The position numbers were made by a program, and so were the translations under genes. This document shows, piece by piece, positions 40,490 to 49,503 of a DNA stretch of 62,135 nucleotides (positions are counted from its first letter, which is position 1; every line of letters begins with the position of its first letter). The notes under the pieces are model-generated. The model did not search any database, had not been told where the DNA came from, and saw nothing but the letters and a program-made list of their open reading frames with translations. The stretch is from the sequence record DRR723986_4010; one strand, 5' to 3'.

Positions 40490-41914
40490 TCAGATATGCG
40501 GTGTCTTGGCCCAGTAGTGCGGCGTGCGCACAAGGCTCCACAGGGCACGCATCATGGCGAGGGACTGCAGGGGCCAGTAAAGCGGCAAGGTCAGGATGTC
40601 GCCAACGCGCTGCCAGCTCCAGCGGCCTGGGGCCAGGCTGGCCGACAGGGCACCGGTGAAAAGCGACAGGCCGAGGGCGCTGAGCCCGAACGTGCCGAGG
40701 GATACGTCTGGAAACAGAAGGCAAGTGAAGCACCACAGGGCCCAAGGGCCATGCACTATCGCAGACAGGATCGCCGCGCCAAGCGTCATCTGGACGGAGA
40801 AGAAATCGACCGGCCTCAGGCCGCGAATTTCGGTTCGCCCGCGCATCAGCACGAGCCAGGTCTGCATATAGCCTTTCAGCCAGCGTGACCGCTGAGCCCG
40901 CCATACGCTTCCCGTCTCGGGCGGCGCCTCGAGTGTCGGAGAGCGGATTGCGCCGACCCGGTGGCCGAGCCGCGCGAGGCGCAGGCCAAGGTCTGCATCC
41001 TCAGTCACGTTCCAAGCATCCCATCCGCCCGCAGCGACCAGTGACGTGCGGCGGAAGTGATTGCTGGTCCCGCCGAGCGCCACAGGCAAGCCGAGCCAGG
41101 CCAGCGCCGGCACCAGAAGGCTGAACTGGATCGCATATTCCAGCGCCCATTGCCGCGCGATCCAGCTGCCTTTCGCCGGCGTGCCCACCAGTGGCGCCTG
41201 CACGCAGGCAAGCTCGGTGTTCTGGGCATTGAATGCACGAACCGCCGCCTTCAGCTGGCCCGGGTGGGGACGGTCTTCGGCATCATAGACGACAACATAA
41301 GTTCCCCTCGCCCGGGCGAGGCCGTAATTGAGCGCGCGCGGCTTGGTCTGCGGCTGGCCCGCCGGAACCACCAGCAGCTCCGTACCCATCGGCCAGACCT
41401 GTGCGCGGACGGCCCTTTGCGTGCGCACGTCTGTCTCTTCCACCAGCAATTTGAGGTCGATCCTGTCCTTCGGATAGTCGAGCGCGGCCACGGCCCTTGC
41501 CAGCTGCGGCATGACGGCAATCTCGTTCTTCAACGCGATGAGGATTGTATAGACCGGCAACAAGGGGGTCGCGCCGCTATTGTCCGGCAGGTCCTCCTGG
41601 CTGAGCCGTGCCGCCACGGTCAACAGGAACAGACGGAAAAGGATGATCGCCACGAAGATTGGCGGGATGATCACGGCCGCCAAGAAGCCGGGCAGCTCCG
41701 GCATGAGCAGGGTGAGAACGCCACATATCTTCAGAAGGCGGATGGCAAAGACACGCTGGCCCCGGTTGAGAGTGTGGCGGGCGGACAGACCGGGCGCCTG
41801 GCGCTCAAGCTGGTGTGCGGCTTCAAGGGCGAGTCGGATATCGGGCCGCGGACAGCTCAGGGGCGCGCGCAAATGCGCGCGGCCAGTACCGCCGTTGAAC
41901 CCCTCGCCACCCAT
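40490..41914 (-). CDS. Membrane glycosyltransferase family 2
   Basis: TKPRALN, YDAED, TEDADLG and QRSRW motifs with flanking TM helices; start uncertain. Confidence 0.88.
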   Translation of the reverse strand: MGGEGFNGGTGRAHLRAPLSCPRPDIRLALEAAHQLERQAPGLSARHTLNRGQRVFAIRLLKICGVLTLLMPELPGFLAAVIIPPIFVAIILFRLFLLTVAARLSQEDLPDNSGATPLLPVYTILIALKNEIAVMPQLARAVAALDYPKDRIDLKLLVEETDVRTQRAVRAQVWPMGTELLVVPAGQPQTKPRALNYGLARARGTYVVVYDAEDRPHPGQLKAAVRAFNAQNTELACVQAPLVGTPAKGSWIARQWALEYAIQFSLLVPALAWLGLPVALGGTSNHFRRTSLVAAGGWDAWNVTEDADLGLRLARLGHRVGAIRSPTLEAPPETGSVWRAQRSRWLKGYMQTWLVLMRGRTEIRGLRPVDFFSVQMTLGAAILSAIVHGPWALWCFTCLLFPDVSLGTFGLSALGLSLFTGALSASLAPGRWSWQRVGDILTLPLYWPLQSLAMMRALWSLVRTPHYWAKTPHI

Positions 41915-42120
41915 AGCCTTATGAAGCCTTTGGTTAACACTGGCACCACAAATCACAGGTTGATTTTGTTACGATAACGAAACGTTTCTCCCCGAAAGAG
42001 AGAGGATTCCCCACAAAGAAGAGCCCGGCGTACGGCCGGAAGCGATACACAGAGATATTCACAGGCCGGAATCTCCCGTCGACTTTACCCATCCGAAAAC
42101 CCGTCTGAAATACAAGGGAC

Positions 42121-42154
42121 TTGCCAGACCTCCTCGGATGTTCTATTTTTGTTC
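42121..42154 (+). promoter_or_regulatory. Promoter with alphaproteobacterial LexA (SOS) box
   Basis: GTTC-N7-GTTC at 42140-42154 overlaps the -10 of TTGCCA-N17-TATTTT; ATG at 42156. Confidence 0.8.
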
Positions 42155-42155
42155 C

Positions 42156-43715
42156 ATGGGTAACGTCCATCTCATCTGGTTCCGTCGCGATCTGAGGGTG
42201 CACGATCATGCCGCCCTCGCTGCCGCTGTGGCCAGCGGTGCGCCGGTCTTGCCGCTCTATATATTCGAGCGGGGCGCATGGGCCCTGCCGGAGCATTCGC
42301 GCCGCCAGTTCGACTTCCTGATGGACTCCCTGACAGAGCTGGACGAAGCCCTGACCGGGCGCGGTGCCCGGCTGATCGTCCGCAAGGGCGATGCGCTGGA
42401 CATTCTGGCAGACCTGCACCGCCGGCACGGCATCGAAGCAATCCACATGTATGAGGAATCCGGCCTGCCCTGGATGCGGGCGCGGGACCGGGCCGTTCGC
42501 CGCTGGGCCGTGCAGGCCGGCATCTCGCTGCGCGAGCAATCGCAGCCCGGCGTGCTCCGCGGCCTCAAGGAACACGATGACTGGGCGGCCCGCTGGGCGG
42601 AAACGCTGAACGCGCCCCGCATCAAGGCGCCGGACACGATCCGCGCGGCGACACAGGCTGCGGGCCCATGGCCTATCGCGGAAGACTTCTGCCTCGGCCC
42701 CGATGACTGCGCCGGCCGCCAGAAAGGCGGACGCACAGCCGGGGTGGAATTGCTGAGGAGCTTCCTCGCCGGACGCGGACGCCGCTACCGGCAGGATGTC
42801 GACAGGCCGGTCACGGCAGAGACAGCAGGCTCGCGCCTGTCGCCGCACCTCGCCTTCGGCACCGTCTCCGTCCGCGAAGCGTGGCAGGCCGCGGCCCGCG
42901 CCCGCGCGGCCTTCCTGCAGGACGGCGACACGACCTACGCCGCCTCGCTTTCCGAATTCCTCGAGCGGCTCGAATGGCGCGCCCGGTCGATCCAGGCCTT
43001 TGAAGACCGTCCCCTGCCCCAGACCGGCAGCGGCGAAGACCTCCGCCAGGAAGTTGCGGCAGACGATCCTCGTCTTGCTGCATGGATCGAAGGGCGGACC
43101 GGCTTCCCGCTGATCGATGCCAGCATGCGCGCGCTGCGCGAGACCGGCTGGCTCAATTTCCGCATGCGGGCCATGCTGATCGGGTTCGCCGCCTGCCAGC
43201 TCTGGATGGACTGGCGCCTGCCGGCAGAAAAGCTCGCAGCACTTTTCACCGATTTCGAACCGGGCATTCACTATCCGCAGGTCATCGCCCAGGCAGGCCT
43301 GCGCGGCCGGCGCCTGCCAACGGTTCACAACCCGGTCCGGCTCTCGCTGCAGCTCGACCCGGATGGCGCCTTTATCCGGCGCTGGGTGCCGGAACTTGCG
43401 GCCTTGCCTGACAATTATCTTCATGCCCCCTGGGAGGCACCGAAGGCAGAGCTCGCCCGGGCCGGCGTGATTTTCGGCCAGACTTATCCGATGCGCATGG
43501 TCGATCACGTCGCCGCCGCGCGTGAAGCCCGCGCGCGGATTGCCAGCGTGCGCCATCCCGGCCGGCCTGAACCGGTCCGGACGGCCCCGAAGCAGGCTGA
43601 TCTCCCGTTCCGGGCGCCGCGGCCAGGCAGACTCCGCCGGCCCGCCAGGGGCCCGGTCCAGCTGAGCTTCGATCTCGGTCAGCCGCCGTCTATGCCGGAA
43701 AGCCAGTCCGCCTAG
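42156..43715 (+). CDS. Cryptochrome/photolyase family FAD-binding protein
   Basis: WFRRDLRVHDH, SRLSPHLAFG, GRTGFPLIDASMR, GWLNFRMRAML and DPDGAFIRRWVPEL motifs. Confidence 0.9.
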   Translation: MGNVHLIWFRRDLRVHDHAALAAAVASGAPVLPLYIFERGAWALPEHSRRQFDFLMDSLTELDEALTGRGARLIVRKGDALDILADLHRRHGIEAIHMYEESGLPWMRARDRAVRRWAVQAGISLREQSQPGVLRGLKEHDDWAARWAETLNAPRIKAPDTIRAATQAAGPWPIAEDFCLGPDDCAGRQKGGRTAGVELLRSFLAGRGRRYRQDVDRPVTAETAGSRLSPHLAFGTVSVREAWQAAARARAAFLQDGDTTYAASLSEFLERLEWRARSIQAFEDRPLPQTGSGEDLRQEVAADDPRLAAWIEGRTGFPLIDASMRALRETGWLNFRMRAMLIGFAACQLWMDWRLPAEKLAALFTDFEPGIHYPQVIAQAGLRGRRLPTVHNPVRLSLQLDPDGAFIRRWVPELAALPDNYLHAPWEAPKAELARAGVIFGQTYPMRMVDHVAAAREARARIASVRHPGRPEPVRTAPKQADLPFRAPRPGRLRRPARGPVQLSFDLGQPPSMPESQSA

Positions 43716-43838
43716 ACAGTCCGCCTAGGCAGGCCTTCCAGCCTGCAGCGGACCCCTGCGCCCGCGAATCTTTCCGATTCTTGCCTATTCTGGCGCCGAC
43801 TCCCGGCAAAAAGCTTTCATGAACCGCAATTAATTGGT

Positions 43839-43866
43839 CTTGAAGGGCCCGTTTGGCGTACCATAT
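43839..43866 (+). promoter_or_regulatory. Sigma32-like promoter
   Basis: CTTGAA-N16-CCATAT. Confidence 0.4.
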
Positions 43867-43904
43867 CGATATTCAACAAGACGAAAGACCTTGAAATTCT
43901 TCAT

Positions 43905-43944
43905 AATTATTGTTTTTCGATAATTTTGTATTGATTTTCGATAA
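43905..43944. promoter_or_regulatory. Tandem operator (21-nt period)
   Basis: TATTGTTTTTCGATAA and TATTGATTTTCGATAA; the first copy is AATTATTGT-TTT-TCGATAATT. Confidence 0.65.
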
Positions 43945-44017
43945 GATCTGTCCTATCTTGAGGATGTCGGCGGCGGGATGGTCCCGCCAAGACAACAACC
44001 AAGAAGGACTTTCGAAT

Positions 44018-44200
44018 ATGACCCCCCGCGCCCGTCAGTATGACCACGAGATCGCCGCGACCGCCGCGCCGATGGCAAGCGCCATCCTCACCGGCAGCCC
44101 GACGCTGCTGTCCCGACCGGCAAACGATGTGGCCGACCGGGGCCGCCCGAACCTCCTGGTCCGCCGCCGCCGTCGTTCCCTCCGCCGGGACACGCACTAA
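44018..44200 (+). CDS. Putative 60-aa leader/small protein with Arg-rich C-terminus
   Basis: CAAGAAGGAC RBS context identical to that of the downstream gene; ends RRRRRSLRRDTH. Confidence 0.45.
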   Translation: MTPRARQYDHEIAATAAPMASAILTGSPTLLSRPANDVADRGRPNLLVRRRRRSLRRDTH

Positions 44201-44310
44201 GCCACCAGGACGGCGCTGCCCACAAAAGCCTTGCCCCCCTCTTGGCTCGCAGCGCCGTCCACCCTCCTCACAACCCTCAAGCCAGAACTCTCAAGAAGGA
44301 CCCTCTCGTC

Positions 44311-44622
44311 ATGATCCGTACCATTATCGCCGCCACCGCCCTTTCCATCGCCGCCATGCCGGCCCTGGCCAGCACGTCTGATCAGTTCGAAATGAGTGTG
44401 AACATCGACCGCAGCACGCTTCAGACCACCGAAGGTGCCCAGCAGGAATTTTCGAAGCTGAAGCAGGATATCCACGAACGCTGCGTCACCGAATCGTCCG
44501 AATGGGCCTTCGCCACCAACTACGCCGTCAGCTTCTGTGAAAGCCGCACCCTGAAAAGCGCCGTGACCACGATCAACGAACCTGCCCTGACGGCCGTCTA
44601 CACAGCGTCGCTCTCCAAATAA
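44311..44622 (+). CDS. UrcA family secreted protein
   Basis: Signal peptide, L.T.EG motif, two Cys, ~100 aa. Confidence 0.7.
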   Translation: MIRTIIAATALSIAAMPALASTSDQFEMSVNIDRSTLQTTEGAQQEFSKLKQDIHERCVTESSEWAFATNYAVSFCESRTLKSAVTTINEPALTAVYTASLSK

Positions 44623-44683
44623 GCGGCCACCAAGTTCGCGGGCGCCCCCTGCCTCTCCATAACCCGGTATCCCGCGCTCTGCC

Positions 44684-44717
44684 GCCCTGCCCGTTTCTCC
44701 CGGGCAGGGCTTTTTTT
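44684..44717 (+). terminator. Intrinsic terminator
   Basis: GCCCTGCCCG-N7-CGGGCAGGGC-T7. Confidence 0.88.
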
Positions 44718-44728
44718 GTGCAGGCAAG

Positions 44729-45253
44729 TCAGGCCGTGGCCGTGCGGTAGTCCTTGGCGCGGAGCACGTTCGACAGGCGGAAAAGCACGGGCACGAAGCT
44801 GCCCTCATCTTCCCGCTCGAACATGGCGACACAGCTGGTCGGGAATTTCTCGGCCAGACGCTGGGAGGCATAGTGGTCGAGGCTACCGCCGTCGCGCAGG
44901 ATATCGAGCGCGAAATCATGCATGCCGGGATTGTGGCCGATGACCATCAGCGTGCCGGCGCCATCATTCTGCTTCACCGCTTCGGCAAGGCCCCGCGCGC
45001 CGCACAGATAGAGCGACTCCATCGGACGCACCTTCTCGCCTTCGAACACGCGTGCCGCTTCCGAACAGGTTTCGCGTGCCCGGCGCGCCGTGGAGACCAG
45101 GATCCGTTCCGGGCTCCAGCCCAACGCGACAATTTCCTCGGCGATCCGCTTGGCATCACTGTGCCCCTGATCGGTCAGCGCGCGGCCAAAATCGTCGATG
45201 CCTTCCCCGAAGGGTTCGGTCTTGGCATGCCGCATCAGGATCAGGCGCTTCAT
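44729..45253 (-). CDS. SixA-like histidine phosphatase
   Basis: LMRHAK, R.LT..G, STARRARET and VIGHNPG motifs. Confidence 0.88.
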   Translation of the reverse strand: MKRLILMRHAKTEPFGEGIDDFGRALTDQGHSDAKRIAEEIVALGWSPERILVSTARRARETCSEAARVFEGEKVRPMESLYLCGARGLAEAVKQNDGAGTLMVIGHNPGMHDFALDILRDGGSLDHYASQRLAEKFPTSCVAMFEREDEGSFVPVLFRLSNVLRAKDYRTATA

Positions 45254-45367
45254 TGGCAGGTCCGGAGATTAGAAATTCTGATCGACACCTTCAGGCACCG
45301 CTCATTGGCTCAGTCTCTCTTAGGCACCATTTTCGCCCTCGAAATCAAGTCACAGGAGACGGTTTAA

Positions 45368-46003
45368 ATGAGCTTGCTGATCGGCGACGTTGCGCCCGAC
45401 TTTGAAGCGGATACGACAGAAGGCCCGATCCGGTTCCATGAATGGGCCGGGGATGACTGGGTGGTGTTTTTTTCCCACCCGGCCGACTTCACCCCCGTCT
45501 GCACGACAGAGCTCGGTTATACAGCTCGCCTGAAAGACGAATTCGCCCGCCGGGACGCCAAGGCGCTCGTCATCTCCGTCGACAGTGTCGAGGATCACAA
45601 GCGCTGGATCGAGGATATCGAAGAGACGCAGGGCGCCAGCGTCGAATTCCCGATCATTGCCGACCCCGGCCGCAAGGTGGCGACGCTCTACAACATGATC
45701 CACCCAAACGCCGACCCGAAGGTGACCGTACGGGCCGTCTATGTGATCGACCCGAACAAGAAGATCCGCGCCTCCATCATTTATCCGCCGAGCGCCGGAC
45801 GGAACTTCGATGAGGTGCTGCGCCTGATCGACAGCCTGCAGCTGACTGACGGCCACAAGGTGGCAACGCCGGTGAACTGGATCGATGGCGAAGACGTCAT
45901 CGTCGTGCCGAGCCTGTCGGACGAGGAAGCCGGGAAGCTGTTTCCGAAAGGCTTCAAGACCGTGAAGCCCTATCTGCGCTACACGCCCCAGCCGAACAAA
46001 TAA
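45368..46003 (+). CDS. 1-Cys peroxiredoxin (Prx6)
   Basis: FSHPADFTPVCTTE and ATPVNW motifs. Confidence 0.95.
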   Translation: MSLLIGDVAPDFEADTTEGPIRFHEWAGDDWVVFFSHPADFTPVCTTELGYTARLKDEFARRDAKALVISVDSVEDHKRWIEDIEETQGASVEFPIIADPGRKVATLYNMIHPNADPKVTVRAVYVIDPNKKIRASIIYPPSAGRNFDEVLRLIDSLQLTDGHKVATPVNWIDGEDVIVVPSLSDEEAGKLFPKGFKTVKPYLRYTPQPNK

Positions 46004-46005
46004 GC

Positions 46006-46034
46006 AAAAAAGGCGGCCCGCGGGCCGCCTTTTT
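46006..46034. terminator. Bidirectional terminator
   Basis: AAAAAGGCGGCCCGCGGGCCGCCTTTTT palindrome. Confidence 0.88.
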
Positions 46035-46059
46035 CATGTCTTCCGGATACGGACTACGC

Positions 46060-46944
46060 CTAGAGCGCCACCTCGATCTTGCCGTTGACCAGCGCCGAAT
46101 AGTCGTTGACCAGCGCTTCGGAGATCTGGCCCGGCTTGTAGGTGTATTCGCCGATTTCGGCGACCGGGGTGATCTCGGCGGCCGAGCCTGTAATGAAGCA
46201 TTCCGAGAAGGTCGGCAGCTCATCCGGCATGATGGCGCGTTCGATCACTTCGATCTGGCGTTCCTTTGCCAGCTTGATCGCCGTCTGGCGCGTCAGGCCA
46301 TTGAGGAAGCAGTCCGGCGTCGGCGTGTGCAGCGCGCCGTCGCGCACGAAGAATATGTTCGCGCCAGTCGCCTCGGCCACCTGGCCGCGATAGTCCAGCA
46401 TCAGCGCGTCGGCATAGCCATCCCGTTCGGCCGCATGCTTGGAAAGCGTGCAGATCATGTAGAGGCCGGCGGCCTTCGCATGGCAGGGCGCGGTGTCCGG
46501 TGCCGGACGGCGCCACTGGGCATGCGTCATGCGGATGCCCTTCATCTTGTCGGCAAAGTAATCGCCCCAGTGCCACACGGCGACGGCCAGGTGGATGGAG
46601 TTATGCTGGGCTGACACGCCCATCATTTCCGACCCGCGCCAGGCGATCGCACGCACATAGGCGCTGTCGAGCCCGGACTTGGCCAGCGCCTCGCGCTTCA
46701 CCTCTTCGATCTGCTCAACGCTGAACGGGATGTCGAAGCCCATGATCCGGGCCGAATTGTGCAAGCGCTTGGAATGGTCCAGCGAGCGGAAGATTTTGCC
46801 GTTATAGGCGCGCTCGCCTTCGAATACCGCGGAGGCATAGTGCAGCGCATGCGTCAGGACGTGTACCTTGGTATCACGCCATGGCACAAATTCGCCGTCC
46901 ATCCAGATGTAGCCATCGCGGTCGTCGTATGCGGTTCCGGCCAT
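46060..46944 (-). CDS. ilvE: Branched-chain amino acid aminotransferase
   Basis: LHYASAVFEGER, KAAGLY, EATGANIF and TGSAAEITPV motifs. Confidence 0.93.
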   Translation of the reverse strand: MAGTAYDDRDGYIWMDGEFVPWRDTKVHVLTHALHYASAVFEGERAYNGKIFRSLDHSKRLHNSARIMGFDIPFSVEQIEEVKREALAKSGLDSAYVRAIAWRGSEMMGVSAQHNSIHLAVAVWHWGDYFADKMKGIRMTHAQWRRPAPDTAPCHAKAAGLYMICTLSKHAAERDGYADALMLDYRGQVAEATGANIFFVRDGALHTPTPDCFLNGLTRQTAIKLAKERQIEVIERAIMPDELPTFSECFITGSAAEITPVAEIGEYTYKPGQISEALVNDYSALVNGKIEVAL

Positions 46945-46999
46945 CGTATCTCAGCGCTCCTCGCTTGCACTTCTTGGAATTTCGCGTTCATTTCACCGG

Positions 47000-47464
47000 A
47001 TGGCCCCTGACGTCAACCTGAACCGCCCGTTCGACCCCCGCCTCTTCCTGATGGATCAGGAGCTGGATCGCGGCGTCGGCCTCCTGCTGGCCGGAGCATC
47101 CGAGCTCACCAGAGCCGCCGAAGCCGCCCGGCGCAAGGCGGGCCTGAGCAAGCCAGAGATGCAAATTCTCATGACCATCCGCTACTGGCCCGGCCAGACT
47201 GTCTCGGCCCTGCGGGACTCTCTGGGCATGACCGTGCCGACCTTTGCCCGCATCCTGGGCCAGCTGGATCAACGGAATTTGATCGAAAAGGAAGTCGGCA
47301 GCCAGGATGCCCGCCAGCGCAAGCTGACCCTGTCGGACGCTGGCGTGACGCTGACGACGCAGCTGACAATTGTGCTGCGCGAGCGCCTGCGCCTTGCCTA
47401 CCGCAGTGCCGGACCGGACGCCGTGGAAGGCAACCGCCGCGTGCTCGACGCCCTGGTGCGCTGA
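47000..47464 (+). CDS. MarR family regulator (PetP-like)
   Basis: wHTH with DARQRKL; conserved ilvE/MarR/OmpR/kinase arrangement. Confidence 0.88.
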   Translation: MAPDVNLNRPFDPRLFLMDQELDRGVGLLLAGASELTRAAEAARRKAGLSKPEMQILMTIRYWPGQTVSALRDSLGMTVPTFARILGQLDQRNLIEKEVGSQDARQRKLTLSDAGVTLTTQLTIVLRERLRLAYRSAGPDAVEGNRRVLDALVR

Positions 47465-48144
47465 TGCCTGAAGCCGCTCATATCCTTGTCGTCGATGACG
47501 ACGACCGTATCCGCGACCTGCTGAAACGTTTTCTCAGCCGTGAGGGCTACCGCGTAACGGCGGCATCGGATGCGGAGTCGGCCCGCCGCCTGATGGGGAC
47601 CATGGCGTTCGACATGGCGATCCTCGACGTGATGATGCCGGGCGAAGACGGCTTGTCCCTCCTCTCCGGCATCCGCGACGGCGTCTCGCGGGAAACACCT
47701 GTCCTGTTGCTGACGGCGCGGGGCGAAGCCAGCGACCGGATCGCGGGACTGAAGCGCGGCGCCGACGATTATCTCGCCAAACCGTTCGAGCCGGAGGAAT
47801 TGTCCCTGCGCTGCGCGGCGATCCTGCGCCGGTCCCAAAAGGAAGCGCCTCCGGAAGAGATTGAGATGTCGGGCCTCGTATTCAATTCGGCGCGCGGGGA
47901 ACTGAAATCCGGCGACGATCGCGTCCGCCTCACCGATGCCGAACTGCAATTGCTGACGGCCCTCGCCGCCCGGGCGGGTGAGCCGGTCAGCCGTGAGGAA
48001 CTCGCCCAGATCACGTCTGCGGGCATGGAGCGCTCGGTCGATGTTCAGGTCACGCGCCTGCGCCGCAAGATCGAGCCGAATCCGAAAGAGCCGATCCATA
48101 TCCAGACTGTGCGCGGTATCGGCTACCGCCTGATGCCGGACTGA
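47464..48144 (+). CDS. OmpR-family response regulator
   Basis: VVDDD, LDVMMPG, KPF and RSVDVQVTRLRRKIE motifs. Confidence 0.95.
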   Translation: MPEAAHILVVDDDDRIRDLLKRFLSREGYRVTAASDAESARRLMGTMAFDMAILDVMMPGEDGLSLLSGIRDGVSRETPVLLLTARGEASDRIAGLKRGADDYLAKPFEPEELSLRCAAILRRSQKEAPPEEIEMSGLVFNSARGELKSGDDRVRLTDAELQLLTALAARAGEPVSREELAQITSAGMERSVDVQVTRLRRKIEPNPKEPIHIQTVRGIGYRLMPD

Positions 48145-48151
48145 GAGACCC

Positions 48152-49447
48152 ATGTTCCGCCTGCGCGACATCACCCCCCGCGGCCTCTATGCCCGCAGCC
48201 TGCTCATGGTGGTGCTGCCGGTCGTACTGATCCTGACCGTGACGACCTGGTATTATTACGACAGCCATATCGCCGAGGTGAACCGGAAGCTCGGCCAGTC
48301 CATCGCGCGGGATGTCAGTGTGGTGCAGGATTATTGCGAGCGGCGGTCCGCATCGCCGATTGCGCGGGACGTGATTGCCAGCCGGCTGGACCTGACTTTT
48401 AGCTGCGATGCCCCGGAGGCCACACCGGAAGCGGAAGGCTTCCTCGAAGCCTTCTCCTATCGCAATGTCCTGCGGCAGGAATTGCGCACACGCCTTGGCG
48501 TGCCGGTCCTCGTCGGCCTCAGCCCGAACGACTCCCTCATCCATATCCGCTTTCCCGCCGCCAGCCGGACCGTGGAAGTGCTGATCGAGCGCAAACGCGC
48601 CGTGACGATCACCTCGCACTTTTTCATCGTCTGGGTGATCATCTTCAGCCTTCTGATGATTGCACTGGCAGTCGCCTTCCTGAACCAGCAGGTGCGCTCC
48701 ATCCTCAGCCTGTCCAAGGCGGCCCGTGCCTTTGGCCGGGGCCGGGACGTGCCGGATTTCCGTCCCTCCGGTGCAAACGAAGTACGTGAAGCGGCCCGCG
48801 CCGTGATCGACATGAAGAACCGCCTGACCGCCTTTGCGGAGCAGCGCACCGCCATGCTCGCCGGCGTCAGCCATGATCTGCGTACGCCGCTGACCCGCCT
48901 GAAACTCTCCCTCGCCATGATGGACGAGACCGACGAGATCCGCGCCATGAAGGCGGACCTCGACGATATGGGCATGATGCTGGAAGGCTATCTCGCCTTC
49001 GCCAAGGGTGAGGAAGGTGACGAACAGGTCGAGTTCAACTTCGCCGACCTGGTGCGCGAGGCCGCGGCCGGCTTCAGCGAAGATGTTCCCGTCACCGGCC
49101 CGGAAACGATCCCGGTCAAGGGCCGGCGCCTCGCCATCAAGCGGGCGCTGATCAATCTCATCTCCAATGCCCTGAAGTTCGGGGACATTGTACAGGTGAC
49201 GATGGTGGACGGCCCGCACGCAGCTGAAGTCCATATCGACGATGACGGCCCCGGCATACCGAAGGAACAGCACGAGGACGCCTTCCGCCCCTTCTCCCGG
49301 CTGGACGAGGCGCGCACGCAGAATACATCCGGCATCGGCCTCGGCCTGACGCTGGCCCGCGACACCGCCCGGGCACATGGCGGCGACCTGCGCCTGTCCG
49401 AAAGTGCGCTTGGCGGCTTGCGCGCCAGCCTTCGCCTGCCACATTGA
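48152..49447 (+). CDS. EnvZ-like sensor histidine kinase
   Basis: 2 TM, HAMP, SHDLRTPLTR, DDGPGIP and GLGL motifs. Confidence 0.93.
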   Translation: MFRLRDITPRGLYARSLLMVVLPVVLILTVTTWYYYDSHIAEVNRKLGQSIARDVSVVQDYCERRSASPIARDVIASRLDLTFSCDAPEATPEAEGFLEAFSYRNVLRQELRTRLGVPVLVGLSPNDSLIHIRFPAASRTVEVLIERKRAVTITSHFFIVWVIIFSLLMIALAVAFLNQQVRSILSLSKAARAFGRGRDVPDFRPSGANEVREAARAVIDMKNRLTAFAEQRTAMLAGVSHDLRTPLTRLKLSLAMMDETDEIRAMKADLDDMGMMLEGYLAFAKGEEGDEQVEFNFADLVREAAAGFSEDVPVTGPETIPVKGRRLAIKRALINLISNALKFGDIVQVTMVDGPHAAEVHIDDDGPGIPKEQHEDAFRPFSRLDEARTQNTSGIGLGLTLARDTARAHGGDLRLSESALGGLRASLRLPH

Positions 49448-49503
49448 CACTCTCTCAATCCGCTTGTGGCAGACAGAGCGGAAACCCGATCAGGTAAACA
49501 GAC

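Noticed and set aside
46060-49447. ilvE / MarR-OmpR-EnvZ cluster as a novel system
   Set aside because: This is a widely conserved alphaproteobacterial arrangement.
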